Positions 1-9,531 of a stretch of 64,000 nucleotides of DNA are shown piece after piece (position 1 is the first letter of the stretch; every line of letters starts with the position of its first letter). The notes under the pieces are model-generated. The model was not told where the DNA came from and did no database searches. It saw nothing but the letters and a program-made list of their open reading frames with translations. Source of the DNA: an uncultured Actinomycetota bacterium (GTDB lineage: Bacteria > Actinomycetota > Actinomycetes > Mycobacteriales > Mycobacteriaceae); the NCBI GenBank assembly GCA_963830605.1, contig CAWHML010000007.1, positions 30,053 through 94,052 on the forward strand. Reading direction: 5' to 3'. The translations under genes were made by a program, and so were the position numbers.

Positions 1-1245
1 TTCCACCGCAGTCAGAATTAGAAAAGGCCGCGCAGATTCTCAACGACGGCGAGAAGGTCGCGATTGTTATTGGGCAAGGTGCTGCCGAGGCCGTCGACGA
101 GGTCATCGAGACAGCGGAACTGCTCGGCGCCGGTGTGGCCAAGACTTCGCTGGGTCGCGCGGTCCTGCCAGACGAACTGCCATACGTGACCGGCCCGATC
201 GGATTGCTGGGTTCCACCGCCAGCCAGGCCATGATGACGGACGCCGACACCCTGTTCTTCATCGGGACCAGCTTCCCGTACGCGGAGTGGTTACCGAAGG
301 AAGGTCAATGCCGCGGCGTGGAAATCAATATGGACGGCCGCATGATCGGCACCCGCTATCCGATGGAGGCCAACCTGATCGGCGACTCCAAAGACACGCT
401 GAAAGAGCTTATCCCGCTGCTGCAGCGCAAGGATGACCGGTCCTGGCGGTCAAAGATCGAAAAAGAGGTCGGCTGAGTGGTGGCGGGTGCTCGACAAGCG
501 GGCTCACGACAAAGCCGATCCGCTCAACCCCGAACTCGTCGCCCACGAGCTGTCCAAACGCCTGCCCGACAACGCGATCCTCACTACTGACGCCGGCTCG
601 GTGGCAAATTGGTGGGCCCGGCACCTGAAGATGCGCCGCGGAATGGCCGCGTCGCTGGCCGGAAACCTCGCCACCATGGGGCCGGGCACGCCGTACGCGA
701 TCAGCGCAAAGCTGGCCCACCCCGGCCGGCCGGTGATCGCCATGATCGGTGACGGCGTATTCCAGATGAACGGCATGGCCGAGATGATCACCGTCAAGCG
801 CTACAGGGATCGGCTCTCTGATGGTCCGCTGATCTTCTGCGTCTTCAACAATCAGGACCTCAACCAGGTCACCTGGGAACAGCGCGCGATGGGCGGCGAA
901 CCGAAGTTCGAAGGTTCGCAATATATTCCGGATGTGCCCTACGCCGAGTTTGCGAACCTGCTGGGGTTGACCGGAATCCGCTGCGACGACCCGAAGACGA
1001 TCGGGGAAGCGTGGGACCGCGCCCTGGCGGCGAACGGCCCAGCGGTGCTGGAAGTGGTCGTCGACAAGGACATCCCACCAGTGCCGCCGCACATCGAAAC
1101 GGTGATGGCGAAGAAGACCGCGAAGGCGATCCTGAAGGACCCGGACCGGGTAAGCATTGCCAAAAAGGGCGCAAAGCAAAAAATCCATGAGTTCACCGAG
1201 TCGGTCAAGCCGTCCGGCCGGCGTTCGAAGAACGGCGACGAATGA
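1..1245 (+). pseudogene. Thiamine-pyrophosphate-requiring enzyme (pyruvate oxidase/acetolactate synthase-like), 5'-truncated by window edge, +1 frameshift at ~471
   Basis: The frame from position 3 reads PPQSELEKAAQILNDGEKVAIVIGQGA...IEKEVG* (stop 474-476). The next frame continues AEWWRVLDKRA... and has the TPP-binding motif GDGVFQMNG...FNNQDLN. Removing one G at 471/472 joins the two frames. Confidence 0.8.
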
Positions 1246-1455
1246 GCCCGCTCTAGGCAGGCGATGTGCAGACCCTCCCGCGTGGACGGATAATTAGCCG
1301 TCGCGGCTACCGATGGTTGAAGGGTGCCCTATTTGGCAATCATCCAGTAGCCCTTGCATCGTTCAACGAAGGACGCGGTTAACTGTTCGCGGCGCCGCTT
1401 CAGCCGGGTCGATGGGGGTTGATGCTACCGGCGACAGAGTCGATGGCGCCGTCGA

Positions 1456-2199
1456 GTGGGGAGGCACGTGATGGTCGTGAACTTCGAAGAAGAGCATGCT
1501 CAGCGTCGGAATGAGCATGAAACGGAAAACGGATCCTCGGAGCCGACCGTAGAGGCGTTCGTGTCCGATGCGGTCGAGGAAGAGGAACTCAGTGCGATTG
1601 ACCTGGTCCTGGGACTAGGACAGCCGCAACGAGTCGGCAGATTCCGGTTCTTTCTGGATGACGAACGCTGGGAGTGGTCCGACGCGGTAGCCCGCATGCA
1701 CGGCTACGAGCCCGGAACCGTAGAGCCCACTACGGAACTTCTGTTGCAACACAAGCATCCCGACGATCGTGAGCGAGTTGCGGCCGTCCTCGAACACGTG
1801 CTCAAGGGCAAGCCGTTCAGCAGCCGGCACCGGATCATCGACACTGCGGGTCAAACCCGGTGCGTCGTAGTTGTGGGGGATCGGATGTTGAATCCCACCG
1901 GTGAGGTGATCGGCTCCTCCGGCTTCTACATCGACGTCACCGAATCGCTCAGTTCCGACATCAGCACAGTCCTCTCCCAGGTTGCCGCTTCTCGGGCCCG
2001 GATCGAGCAAGCCAAAGGGGTGCTCATGGCCACTTACGGCATCTCGGAGGAACGAGCGTTCGACATCCTGGTCTGGCGTTCCCAAGAGTCGAACCTCAAG
2101 GTGCGGGATCTGGCTGCCCGGTTCCTACAAGCCATCGCCGGCAAGGCGTCGCCCGATACGCTGAGTCACGTCGACCAGGCCCTCCTCACCCTGGAATAA
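1456..2199 (+). CDS. PAS and ANTAR domain-containing protein
   Basis: PAS_3-like segment WEWSDAVARMHGY...HKHPDDRERV...RHRIID and C-terminal ANTAR signature IEQAKGVLMATYGISEERAFDILVWRSQESNLKVRDLA; start may be 1456 or 1471. Confidence 0.88.
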   Translation: MGRHVMVVNFEEEHAQRRNEHETENGSSEPTVEAFVSDAVEEEELSAIDLVLGLGQPQRVGRFRFFLDDERWEWSDAVARMHGYEPGTVEPTTELLLQHKHPDDRERVAAVLEHVLKGKPFSSRHRIIDTAGQTRCVVVVGDRMLNPTGEVIGSSGFYIDVTESLSSDISTVLSQVAASRARIEQAKGVLMATYGISEERAFDILVWRSQESNLKVRDLAARFLQAIAGKASPDTLSHVDQALLTLE

Positions 2200-2211
2200 G
2201 AGCGGCGGCCC

Positions 2212-3132
2212 TCAGCGCGCCCGCAGCATCGCGGTGCAGTAGTAGTTATTGGCGAAAGGGGCCTCGCCGTCATTGCTCGGCAGCGGCGGTAATCCACTGT
2301 CGATCAGCAGTTGGCTGGCCAGGATGCGTGTCGTGCGCCAACCGTGATCCTCCAGGTAGGCCGCGACCTCGCTGCGGTCACCGGGGTATCCCAGATCGTC
2401 GAGTCGCACGTCAAGCCCGTGCTCGTACCATTTTTTCGTCGCGGCTTCCATGGCTTGTTGCGAGTCCGGAGAATTCCAGAAAACTTCGGCTATCAGCCGA
2501 CTTCCGTCTGTGCTGAGCTCGGTGATGTCGTCCAGCAACCGATTCTGCGCGTCCGGTGGGAGAAAGGCGAGCAAACCCTCGGCGATCCACGCCGTCGGCT
2601 GGGCCGCGTCGAACCCCGCCGTACGCAATGCCGCCGGCCAGTCGTCGCGCAAATCTATTGCCACGGCGCGCAAGTCGGCCGTAGGCGTAGCGCCGGCGTG
2701 GGCCAGCGTCGCAGCCTTGAATTCCAGCACCTGCGGTTGGTCGATCTCGAACAACGTCGTTCCTGGCGGCCACGGCAACCGATAACCGCGCGCATCCAAT
2801 CCTGAAGCAAGTATCACCACCTGGCGGACACCCGCCGCTGCAGCATCGGCGACGAACCCGTCGATGTGGCGGGTACGCACCGCCAGCAGATCGGTCATCT
2901 GCTGCATCCCCCAGGCATGGCCCGGGATGTCGACCTCCGCAGCGTCGAGTTCACCGCCGGCCCACCGCGTGAAGAAGTCGACGCCGACGGCGCGCACCAG
3001 CGGCTCGGCGAATCGGTCTTCGATCAGAGGATGATCGGCCGCAGTGGCCCGGGCCCGACCCGCGGCCACCATGGTGGCGGTAGCCCCCACGCTAGTCGCC
3101 AGATCCCAGGTGTCGTTGTCGGTGCGTGCCAT
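2212..3132 (-). CDS. Class I SAM-dependent methyltransferase (mycobacterial TIGR00027/LCM family)
   Basis: Typical N-terminus [27 protein letters not shown]; motifs [27 protein letters not shown] and [10 protein letters not shown]. Confidence 0.93.
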   Translation of the reverse strand: MARTDNDTWDLATSVGATATMVAAGRARATAADHPLIEDRFAEPLVRAVGVDFFTRWAGGELDAAEVDIPGHAWGMQQMTDLLAVRTRHIDGFVADAAAAGVRQVVILASGLDARGYRLPWPPGTTLFEIDQPQVLEFKAATLAHAGATPTADLRAVAIDLRDDWPAALRTAGFDAAQPTAWIAEGLLAFLPPDAQNRLLDDITELSTDGSRLIAEVFWNSPDSQQAMEAATKKWYEHGLDVRLDDLGYPGDRSEVAAYLEDHGWRTTRILASQLLIDSGLPPLPSNDGEAPFANNYYCTAMLRAR

Positions 3133-3262
3133 CGCGCCTCTCCCTTACGCCGCTAGCTAGTACTTAGCCAGCGTAGTGGCGCAGGTGCTAAGACCTGCGT
3201 GCGATCAAGGAGATGTAGAGGACTGCAAACTGCGGCTTCCCGAATTCTCGAGTGTCGATGCG

Positions 3263-3853
3263 TCAGCCGCCATCTTGGCCGCGCCGGAAACAGGCCCAGC
3301 ACCGATGGATGTTGTTTATCGTCTCGACCCGACCACCGCAGCTTCCGCATCGGCTGACCGAGTCATGGTAGCGCCCTGGGGCGGTCACTTCCGGCGGTAA
3401 GGCCGCCCAAGCTTTCTCTCGAGCCGCGGCACCCTTTTGACACTCCGCCCAAACCGCTTGCTCGGCCTTCGCGTCCGCGGTTACTTTCTCTAGCTCGTCT
3501 GTCCTCGCCAGCTGTTGCTTTGAAGTCAATGCGGCGTAGCTCTCGCGCTCCTGCTCGGCACTGTAGAAATCGTCGCTGAGCTGTTGCACTCTGCCGGCGA
3601 GGTCGTGCAGAACTCTGTAGGCGTTTCCCTGGAACTCGTGCCGAGAAAATTTACGAACATTGAACTCGTCGGTGCCGGGATAGCTCATTTCGGAAACATG
3701 CGTTTCCAACACACTGATCGTTTTTTCGAGGTCGCCGATCGACGAACCGATCGTGGCCAGCGATGAATCAGTGAGCATGTGAGGATCTTCCTTCGTCGAC
3801 AGCTTGGGTTGCGAGGACGAGGTGGATGCCGCCGATCGTTTCCGGGTGGACAT
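3263..3853 (-). CDS. Hypothetical protein, coiled-coil with C-terminal CxxC-x12-CxxC zinc ribbon
   Basis: 196-aa ORF; GAAAGG Shine-Dalgarno ~7 nt before the ATG; ends ...RCGSCGGRVETINNIHRCWACFRR; alternative start at MLTDSS. Confidence 0.6.
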   Translation of the reverse strand: MSTRKRSAASTSSSQPKLSTKEDPHMLTDSSLATIGSSIGDLEKTISVLETHVSEMSYPGTDEFNVRKFSRHEFQGNAYRVLHDLAGRVQQLSDDFYSAEQERESYAALTSKQQLARTDELEKVTADAKAEQAVWAECQKGAAAREKAWAALPPEVTAPGRYHDSVSRCGSCGGRVETINNIHRCWACFRRGQDGG

Positions 3854-3984
3854 TCGTTTGCCTTTCAGTGTCTAGGTGAGTCACTAGCGTGGTGGATAGT
3901 TAGTCAAAACGAAGCATTGCGATTCGCCGTCTCCGTTTGGTCAATGAAATACGCATCATCGAGCCACGTCGACGCCGATGCCAG

Positions 3985-4260
3985 TCAATAGGCACGAAGA
4001 GCGTCTCGAAGTCTCATCTCATCATCGGTGCGCCGAAAGTCGCGATACCTCTGCCCGTAGGCCCATAGCGCGGCCCTTTCGGCGAACTGGTCCGCAAGGG
4101 AAATAATGGCTGGATCGTCACACTCGCTGGGACTGGCCGCACAATCCATCAACTCGACGGCGGCGCAAGGGATATCGGGGAGAGCAACTGTCGGATCGGC
4201 CAGGCTGGCTTCCACCAGAGCAGAGAGTTTCGCCGTCGCGGTGTGTATCGGGGTCGTCAT
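3985..4260 (-). CDS. Hypothetical protein (orphan, ~91 aa)
   Basis: ORF MTTPIHTATAKLSALVEASLADP...LRDALRAY, co-oriented with the zinc-ribbon ORF; no recognisable family. Confidence 0.4.
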   Translation of the reverse strand: MTTPIHTATAKLSALVEASLADPTVALPDIPCAAVELMDCAASPSECDDPAIISLADQFAERAALWAYGQRYRDFRRTDDEMRLRDALRAY

Positions 4261-4492
4261 GTCAACATCTCTGTCTTCTGCTCGGTCGGGCGTTCCTGGA
4301 AGCCGTTCAGTGGCTACCGGTTCGACGCGCAGGAAACAGCGAAGTCTCAAGCGGTAAGGCCATGCTACCCGGCCTTGCCGGCGATCACCCCGGACGCGGC
4401 GTATGCGCGGGTGAAGACATCGGGCTTTGTCGTTACGTGAGTGAGGGTGTGCCGATCAAACGGATGTTGAGGCTGAGCTCTACCATCGCCGG

Positions 4493-5182
4493 GTGACCTC
4501 CTCACGCCCAATCGATTCTGCCGGGCTGGCTGGCGATGGCCGCTGCCAGACGGCCGGGGGTTCCGCGGTCACCCGCGACGCGGCATGGCATCGCCGCGCG
4601 CACTGGGCTCGACGGCTGGCATGGATCAGTCTTACCGTCATGCTGACCGAGGGAGCGTTGGGTCTCTGGCAGGGTTTGGCGGTCGGGTCCATCGCCTTGA
4701 CCGGATGGGCGTTGGGCAGCGCGCCGGAGGGCTTGGCCAGCGCGATGGTGATATGGCGGTTCAGCGGCTCGCGAACCTTGTCGGAAACGGCCGAGCGGCG
4801 CGCGCAACAAGGCGTTGCGGTGTCGTTCTGGTTGACCGCGCCCTACATCGCCGCCGAGTGCATTCGCGACTTGCAGGATGCGCACCACGCTGAACGCTCT
4901 CTCATCGGCATTGTGCTGACTGCGGTCGCCTTGATGTTGATGCCGCTGCTCGGCCGGGCCAAACATCAGCTCGCCGCGCGACTGGGTTCGGCGGCCACCG
5001 CCGGTGAAGGCACGCAGAACTACTTGTGCGGAGCTCAGGCGGCGGCGGTGCTGATCGGCCTTGTGGTGACCGCCGGCTGGCCGGGCTGCTGGTGGCTCGA
5101 CCCCGGCATCGGTCTCGGCATTGCGGCCGCGGCCATTTGGCAGGGGATCCGCGCGTGGCGCGGAAAAGACTGCGGCTGCTGA
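4493..5182 (+). CDS. Cation efflux (CDF-like) integral membrane protein, Rv3271c ortholog
   Basis: WARRLAWISL...EGALGLWQG...AGEGTQNYLCGAQA...WRGKDCGC matches recalled Rv3271c; syntenic with ctpC. Confidence 0.88.
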   Translation: MTSSRPIDSAGLAGDGRCQTAGGSAVTRDAAWHRRAHWARRLAWISLTVMLTEGALGLWQGLAVGSIALTGWALGSAPEGLASAMVIWRFSGSRTLSETAERRAQQGVAVSFWLTAPYIAAECIRDLQDAHHAERSLIGIVLTAVALMLMPLLGRAKHQLAARLGSAATAGEGTQNYLCGAQAAAVLIGLVVTAGWPGCWWLDPGIGLGIAAAAIWQGIRAWRGKDCGC

Positions 5183-5187
5183 AACCC

Positions 5188-6171
5188 GTGGGTGCGACAG
5201 AGCCGAACAAGCTGCCGCCACTCCGGCGCGGCGAGGTCCGCAACCTTGGTCCGATCGCGGGAACGGGCTCAGCGACGAAGATACTTGGCGTCGGCGGCAC
5301 CGACTTGATGGAAATCACTCCCGACGGGACGCTGGCGCTGGGGGGCGATACGTACACCGGTGACGGGAACAGTCGAGGCGACTGGAGCAGGTCGCAGGCG
5401 TTCAGGGTCAAGCCCGAGTCGATCAACGACCCCGATGGTGTCAAATTCGACGGCACTTTCGGTCATCGCAACGACCTGTATGCCGATCCGCTGGCGCCAG
5501 GAGCGACGACGCAACTGCCGGCGGGCACCGTCATGGTCAACGGCAATACGTATGTGATGGTGAACAACACCGTTTTCGATGATGGCCTGTTCCCGGTCAA
5601 TTCGAGATTGGTCGAGGTGGATCCGGATGACGTGGGCTGGAAAACCGTGGCCGGTTCGGTACGGTCGGCCGATCATGCGGGCGGTTCACAATCACAGATC
5701 AGTGGATATCAAGCCGAAGACGGCGCGGTGTACATCGTTGCCTGCGGCCAGGGCCGATGCCATCAGCCGGTGCTGTATCGGGCCGACCCGAACACCTTCA
5801 CCGACCGGTCCACCTGGCAACCGCTGGGTCGCGACGGCGCCGGAAGACCGCTGTGGGATGCGCCCGGCGCGCCGGCAACCCTGGAGTCACGGTATGGCGA
5901 GGTGAGTCTGCGTCTCATCGAGGGCAGAACTGTGCTGTCGGGATTCAATGCGTCCACCGGTCGGGTGGAAATCCGTGTGGCCGACGACCCGACGCAGTTG
6001 TTCACCGAAAACTTCAAACTCACCGTGGTCGCATCGCAACACGATGTTCCGCAGAACTATGGCGGGTACATCGTGCCGGGTTCGACGCTGGACAGTATGA
6101 AAATACTTGTCAGTCAATGGCACGGTGACACCTACAACGTGCAGCAGTTCGAAGTCAACGCCCACCGCTAG
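5188..6171 (+). CDS. DUF4185-family protein (Rv3707c-like, candidate GH183 endo-D-arabinanase)
   Basis: Motifs GPIAGTG, GGTDL, GDT, QLPAG, SQISGY, FTDRSTW, SGFNASTG and YGGYIVPGSTLD..VSQW match recalled Rv3707c; the GTG start at 5188 is uncertain. Confidence 0.8.
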   Translation: MGATEPNKLPPLRRGEVRNLGPIAGTGSATKILGVGGTDLMEITPDGTLALGGDTYTGDGNSRGDWSRSQAFRVKPESINDPDGVKFDGTFGHRNDLYADPLAPGATTQLPAGTVMVNGNTYVMVNNTVFDDGLFPVNSRLVEVDPDDVGWKTVAGSVRSADHAGGSQSQISGYQAEDGAVYIVACGQGRCHQPVLYRADPNTFTDRSTWQPLGRDGAGRPLWDAPGAPATLESRYGEVSLRLIEGRTVLSGFNASTGRVEIRVADDPTQLFTENFKLTVVASQHDVPQNYGGYIVPGSTLDSMKILVSQWHGDTYNVQQFEVNAHR

Positions 6172-6211
6172 GGCGGTCGACAACTGTAGCTGCCGCGCTG
6201 GCGATCCTCCA

Positions 6212-8374
6212 CTACTCCAAACGGTACCGAATCAGCCGAGAGCTGTTCGTCACCACCGCAACTGACGACGCATTGTGCAAAATCGCCGCCAGCACCGGCG
6301 AAAGTGCCCCGCCGGCGCCGATCAGCAGGCCGGCAGCGTTGACCGCGATCGACATGCCGTAGTTCTCCCGGATGACATCGACCGCCCGCGCGCCCAGGTC
6401 CCGTACGTCGAGCAGGCGGTTCAAGTCGTCGTTGGCCAGCGCCACGTCGGCAGTCTCCACCGCGACGTCGGTTCCGGCCAGACCCATCGCGATGCCGATG
6501 TCGGCGGCCGCCAGTGCGGGGGCGTCGTTGATGCCGTCGCCGACCATCCCCACGACATGACCGTCCTTTTGCAGATCGCGCACCACCTGCAGTTTGTCGT
6601 CCGGCAGCACTTCAGCCCGCCACTCGTCGATGCCGAGCTCGCCGGCGACCACCTCGGCTATCTCGGGATGATCACCGGTGAGCATGACAATGCGGCGAAT
6701 CCCGTTGTCGCGCAACCTCTTCAATACCTCCGGCGCCTCAGGCCGTACCTCGTCGCGCAGACTGATCAGCCCCACCAAGGTGCCGTCAACCGCCAGCAAC
6801 AGGGGAGTTTCGGCCTGCCGGCGCAGCTTGTCGACCCAGTCCGCCGCTTCGGCGGATACGTCGACGTTCTCCGAGCTCAGTAACGACGGGCTGCCCAGCA
6901 GCAGGGTGCGTCCGTCCGCCCAGGTGCGCATGCCGAGACCGACCAGCACTTCACACTCCTCGTGCGGAGGGATGCTGATGTGACGTTCTTCGGTTGAGCG
7001 GATCACCGCCTCGGCCAGCGGATGCCGGGAATGGATCTCCGAGCTGGCAGCATAGGCCAGCACCTGCTCGGGTTGCCAATCATCATGCATGGCAACGATA
7101 TTGGTGACAACCGGGCGTCCGACGGTGAGTGTCCCGGTCTTGTCGAAGACAATGGCGTCTACTTGTCCGGCCTGTTCCAGGTGGGATCCGCCTTTGATGA
7201 GGATGCCGCGGCGGGCCCCGTTGCCGATCGCGGCACTGATCGCGGTCGGCGTCGCGAGTCCCACTGCGCAGGGGCAGGCGATCAGCAGCATGGTCATCGC
7301 GCGCCGCACATCCCCGGTCAGCGCCAGGGTGATAGCGGACACGATGAACGACGTCGGGACGAATCGACGGGAGAAGTTGTCTCCGACGGTCTGGATGGGG
7401 GCCCGGTCGTGCTGAGCCTCTTCGACGCGGGCGATGATGCGGCCGATCGCGGTCTGACTCCCCACAGCGCGGGCGCGTACCACCAGACGGCCCCGCACGA
7501 CCACCGATCCGGCGTGCACCGCCCCACCGGCAACGATGCTGACCGGCAGGGTTTCACCGGTGATCGCGGACTGATCGACCACGGCTTCGCCGTCGACCAC
7601 GTCACCATCGACCGGAATCGCCACGTGGTCGTGCACCACCACCTCGTCGCCGATCTGCACGGTGTCGATCGGCACCTGGACTTCGGTACCGGCGTCCGGG
7701 CCGGCTGTCACGCGGATCCAGGCGGTGTCCTGGGTTCCGCGTAACAGCTCGGAGATGGCGCGCCGGGTCCGCCGCAGCGTGAGATCTTGCAGGTATTCAC
7801 CGATGTTGAGCAGCCACAGCACCGTCAGCGCGACCACATTCTCGCGCAGCACCAGGCTCGCCACCGTCGCCGCGGACACCAAGGCGTCGGTACCCGCCCG
7901 GCCGGAGCGAAGCGAGCGCAGCGCGCCGCGCAGGAAGGGATACCCGGTGAAGACGGTGACGCCGGTGGCGGCCAGTCGTCCGGTCGGTCCCAGCAACGGC
8001 GGGCGGGCGAAAACATAACGTCGCACGCCCAGTAAGGCCAGCGCCGCACCGCCGATAACCATGCGCAGCACGTCAGTATTACGAATATCCGCCGAGTGCG
8101 GCGCGCGTACCGGGATCAGCTGGGCGGCGAGCCGGGCGGCCTGTCGGATTGCGGAGAGCACCGCGGTGCGGTCACAGCGCTTGGGCGAATACCACACCAC
8201 AACCGAGCCGGTGCGCGGATAGGCGTGGACCACCCGGACACCGTTCTGCTGGGCGACCGTCTCCTCTACGGCTACCGCACGGCGGGGATCCGAGCGTACC
8301 CACGGCACCCGGACCCGCATCCGTCCGGCGGCGTCGGAAACGACGAGCAGGTCAGTGTTGGTGCTGGTCGACAT
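6212..8374 (-). CDS. ctpC: Heavy-metal (Zn/Mn)-translocating P1B-type ATPase CtpC
   Basis: VVSDAAGRMRV N-terminus; TGE, CPC, DKTGT, SRHPLAE and GDGINDAPALA motifs; start approximate. Confidence 0.95.
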   Translation of the reverse strand: MSTSTNTDLLVVSDAAGRMRVRVPWVRSDPRRAVAVEETVAQQNGVRVVHAYPRTGSVVVWYSPKRCDRTAVLSAIRQAARLAAQLIPVRAPHSADIRNTDVLRMVIGGAALALLGVRRYVFARPPLLGPTGRLAATGVTVFTGYPFLRGALRSLRSGRAGTDALVSAATVASLVLRENVVALTVLWLLNIGEYLQDLTLRRTRRAISELLRGTQDTAWIRVTAGPDAGTEVQVPIDTVQIGDEVVVHDHVAIPVDGDVVDGEAVVDQSAITGETLPVSIVAGGAVHAGSVVVRGRLVVRARAVGSQTAIGRIIARVEEAQHDRAPIQTVGDNFSRRFVPTSFIVSAITLALTGDVRRAMTMLLIACPCAVGLATPTAISAAIGNGARRGILIKGGSHLEQAGQVDAIVFDKTGTLTVGRPVVTNIVAMHDDWQPEQVLAYAASSEIHSRHPLAEAVIRSTEERHISIPPHEECEVLVGLGMRTWADGRTLLLGSPSLLSSENVDVSAEAADWVDKLRRQAETPLLLAVDGTLVGLISLRDEVRPEAPEVLKRLRDNGIRRIVMLTGDHPEIAEVVAGELGIDEWRAEVLPDDKLQVVRDLQKDGHVVGMVGDGINDAPALAAADIGIAMGLAGTDVAVETADVALANDDLNRLLDVRDLGARAVDVIRENYGMSIAVNAAGLLIGAGGALSPVLAAILHNASSVAVVTNSSRLIRYRLE

Positions 8375-8633
8375 CGGAGATCGCCGGGGTGGGTGCCTCT
8401 TCACCGAGACGCTCACGGGCTTCGGCCATCACGTCAGCCAGCCGGAGCCGGGCCGACTCGGCGGCCTCCTCGGCCCGACGGGTTCCGCGCAGACTCCATT
8501 CCGCAGCGGTCACGGCCGATTCGTGAATCGGAGCCTTAGCCACGGCTTTGCGGAGCACCTCATATGCGGTCACCCCGGCCAGCCCGGTGACTACCGTCGT
8601 AGCTGCCTTCGCGAAAAGCCCGGAAACCGCCAT
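8352..8633 (-). CDS. DUF1490 P-ATPase-associated chaperone-like protein PacL1 (Rv3269 ortholog)
   Basis: 93 aa, one N-terminal TM segment, Ala/Glu-rich helix, His-containing C-terminus; directly upstream of ctpC. Confidence 0.9.
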   Translation of the reverse strand: MAVSGLFAKAATTVVTGLAGVTAYEVLRKAVAKAPIHESAVTAAEWSLRGTRRAEEAAESARLRLADVMAEARERLGEEAPTPAISDVDQHQH

Positions 8634-8797
8634 TGCCCGATCCTCCTGCCAGTCGTGCGTCGAGAACCGACGTTAACATAGAAATATTGCGATACCAACA
8701 TGTGTCTTGGGCTCTGCGCTCCTTTTGCCGCGAGTGCGCGTGGTTGTGCGCCGACACGGCGCGGAGCGTGCATTCTGCGCACGCTCACGCCGGGGGA

Positions 8798-9520
8798 TTA
8801 GAGGACGCGAGTGACTTTCTCGGTCTCGATGCGTCGCGGCATGGCCACCGGGTCAGGATTGGCCACCTGAACCAACGACGCGCCGATCGCCAGAACCGCC
8901 AACATGCCGTCGATCAATTCGCTCGGCTCGGTCCACGCCGACGTAGACAGCACGCGGTCCGCCGAGGTCAAACCCTTGGCACGCGCCGACGTTTCACACG
9001 CGGCCAACACCTCGTCCACCGAAAGGCCCGCGAGCGCCGGACCGGGATGGCGCTCGGCGATGATCTGGTCGCCATGCACTCGCACCGCGGTCGCATAATC
9101 GGTGACACCGACCGGAAGATCCGCTGCCGGGCGTCCGAAAGCATCCATCGACAGCACCGCCACCTCCCCTATCCCGGAGCCGGCGGCGACGGCCTCGTCA
9201 GCTTCGGCCAGCCGTGCCGCGGTGCACAACGCCACGTCAGCCGGTGTCCCGCCGAGCACGACCTCAGCTCCGATCCACCACACCCCGAACAGCACCGCCG
9301 CGGTCTGCCAATGCGCCGGCAGCAACACCGCCACCCGGCTGCTGGCCCCGGCGCCCAGCTCATTTCGCAACAGGTTGCCGGTTTTCGCAGCCCAATTGGC
9401 CAATGTCGACGCGGACAGCTCGATCCGTTCACCGGTGGCGTCGTCGTAGTAGGTGACGCGCGGACCAACCGGGTCGGCATGCAGCATGGGGTCGAGGACC
9501 GCCGTGCTGAGCGTCGTCAC
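8798..9520 (-). CDS. TIGR03089 family protein (Rv3268 ortholog)
   Basis: PRVTYYDDATGERIELSASTLANWAAKTGNLL motif; synteny. Confidence 0.9.
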   Translation of the reverse strand: MTTLSTAVLDPMLHADPVGPRVTYYDDATGERIELSASTLANWAAKTGNLLRNELGAGASSRVAVLLPAHWQTAAVLFGVWWIGAEVVLGGTPADVALCTAARLAEADEAVAAGSGIGEVAVLSMDAFGRPAADLPVGVTDYATAVRVHGDQIIAERHPGPALAGLSVDEVLAACETSARAKGLTSADRVLSTSAWTEPSELIDGMLAVLAIGASLVQVANPDPVAMPRRIETEKVTRVL

Positions 9521-9531
9521 GCTAGATCACG

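Noticed and set aside
1246-1455. ANTAR-target dual hairpin upstream of the PAS-ANTAR gene
   Set aside because: Only weak stems; no pair of hexaloop hairpins with the conserved A/G positions
3206-3217. AAGGAG-ATG-TAG start-stop mini-ORF
   Set aside because: The SD abuts the ATG with no spacer; probably chance
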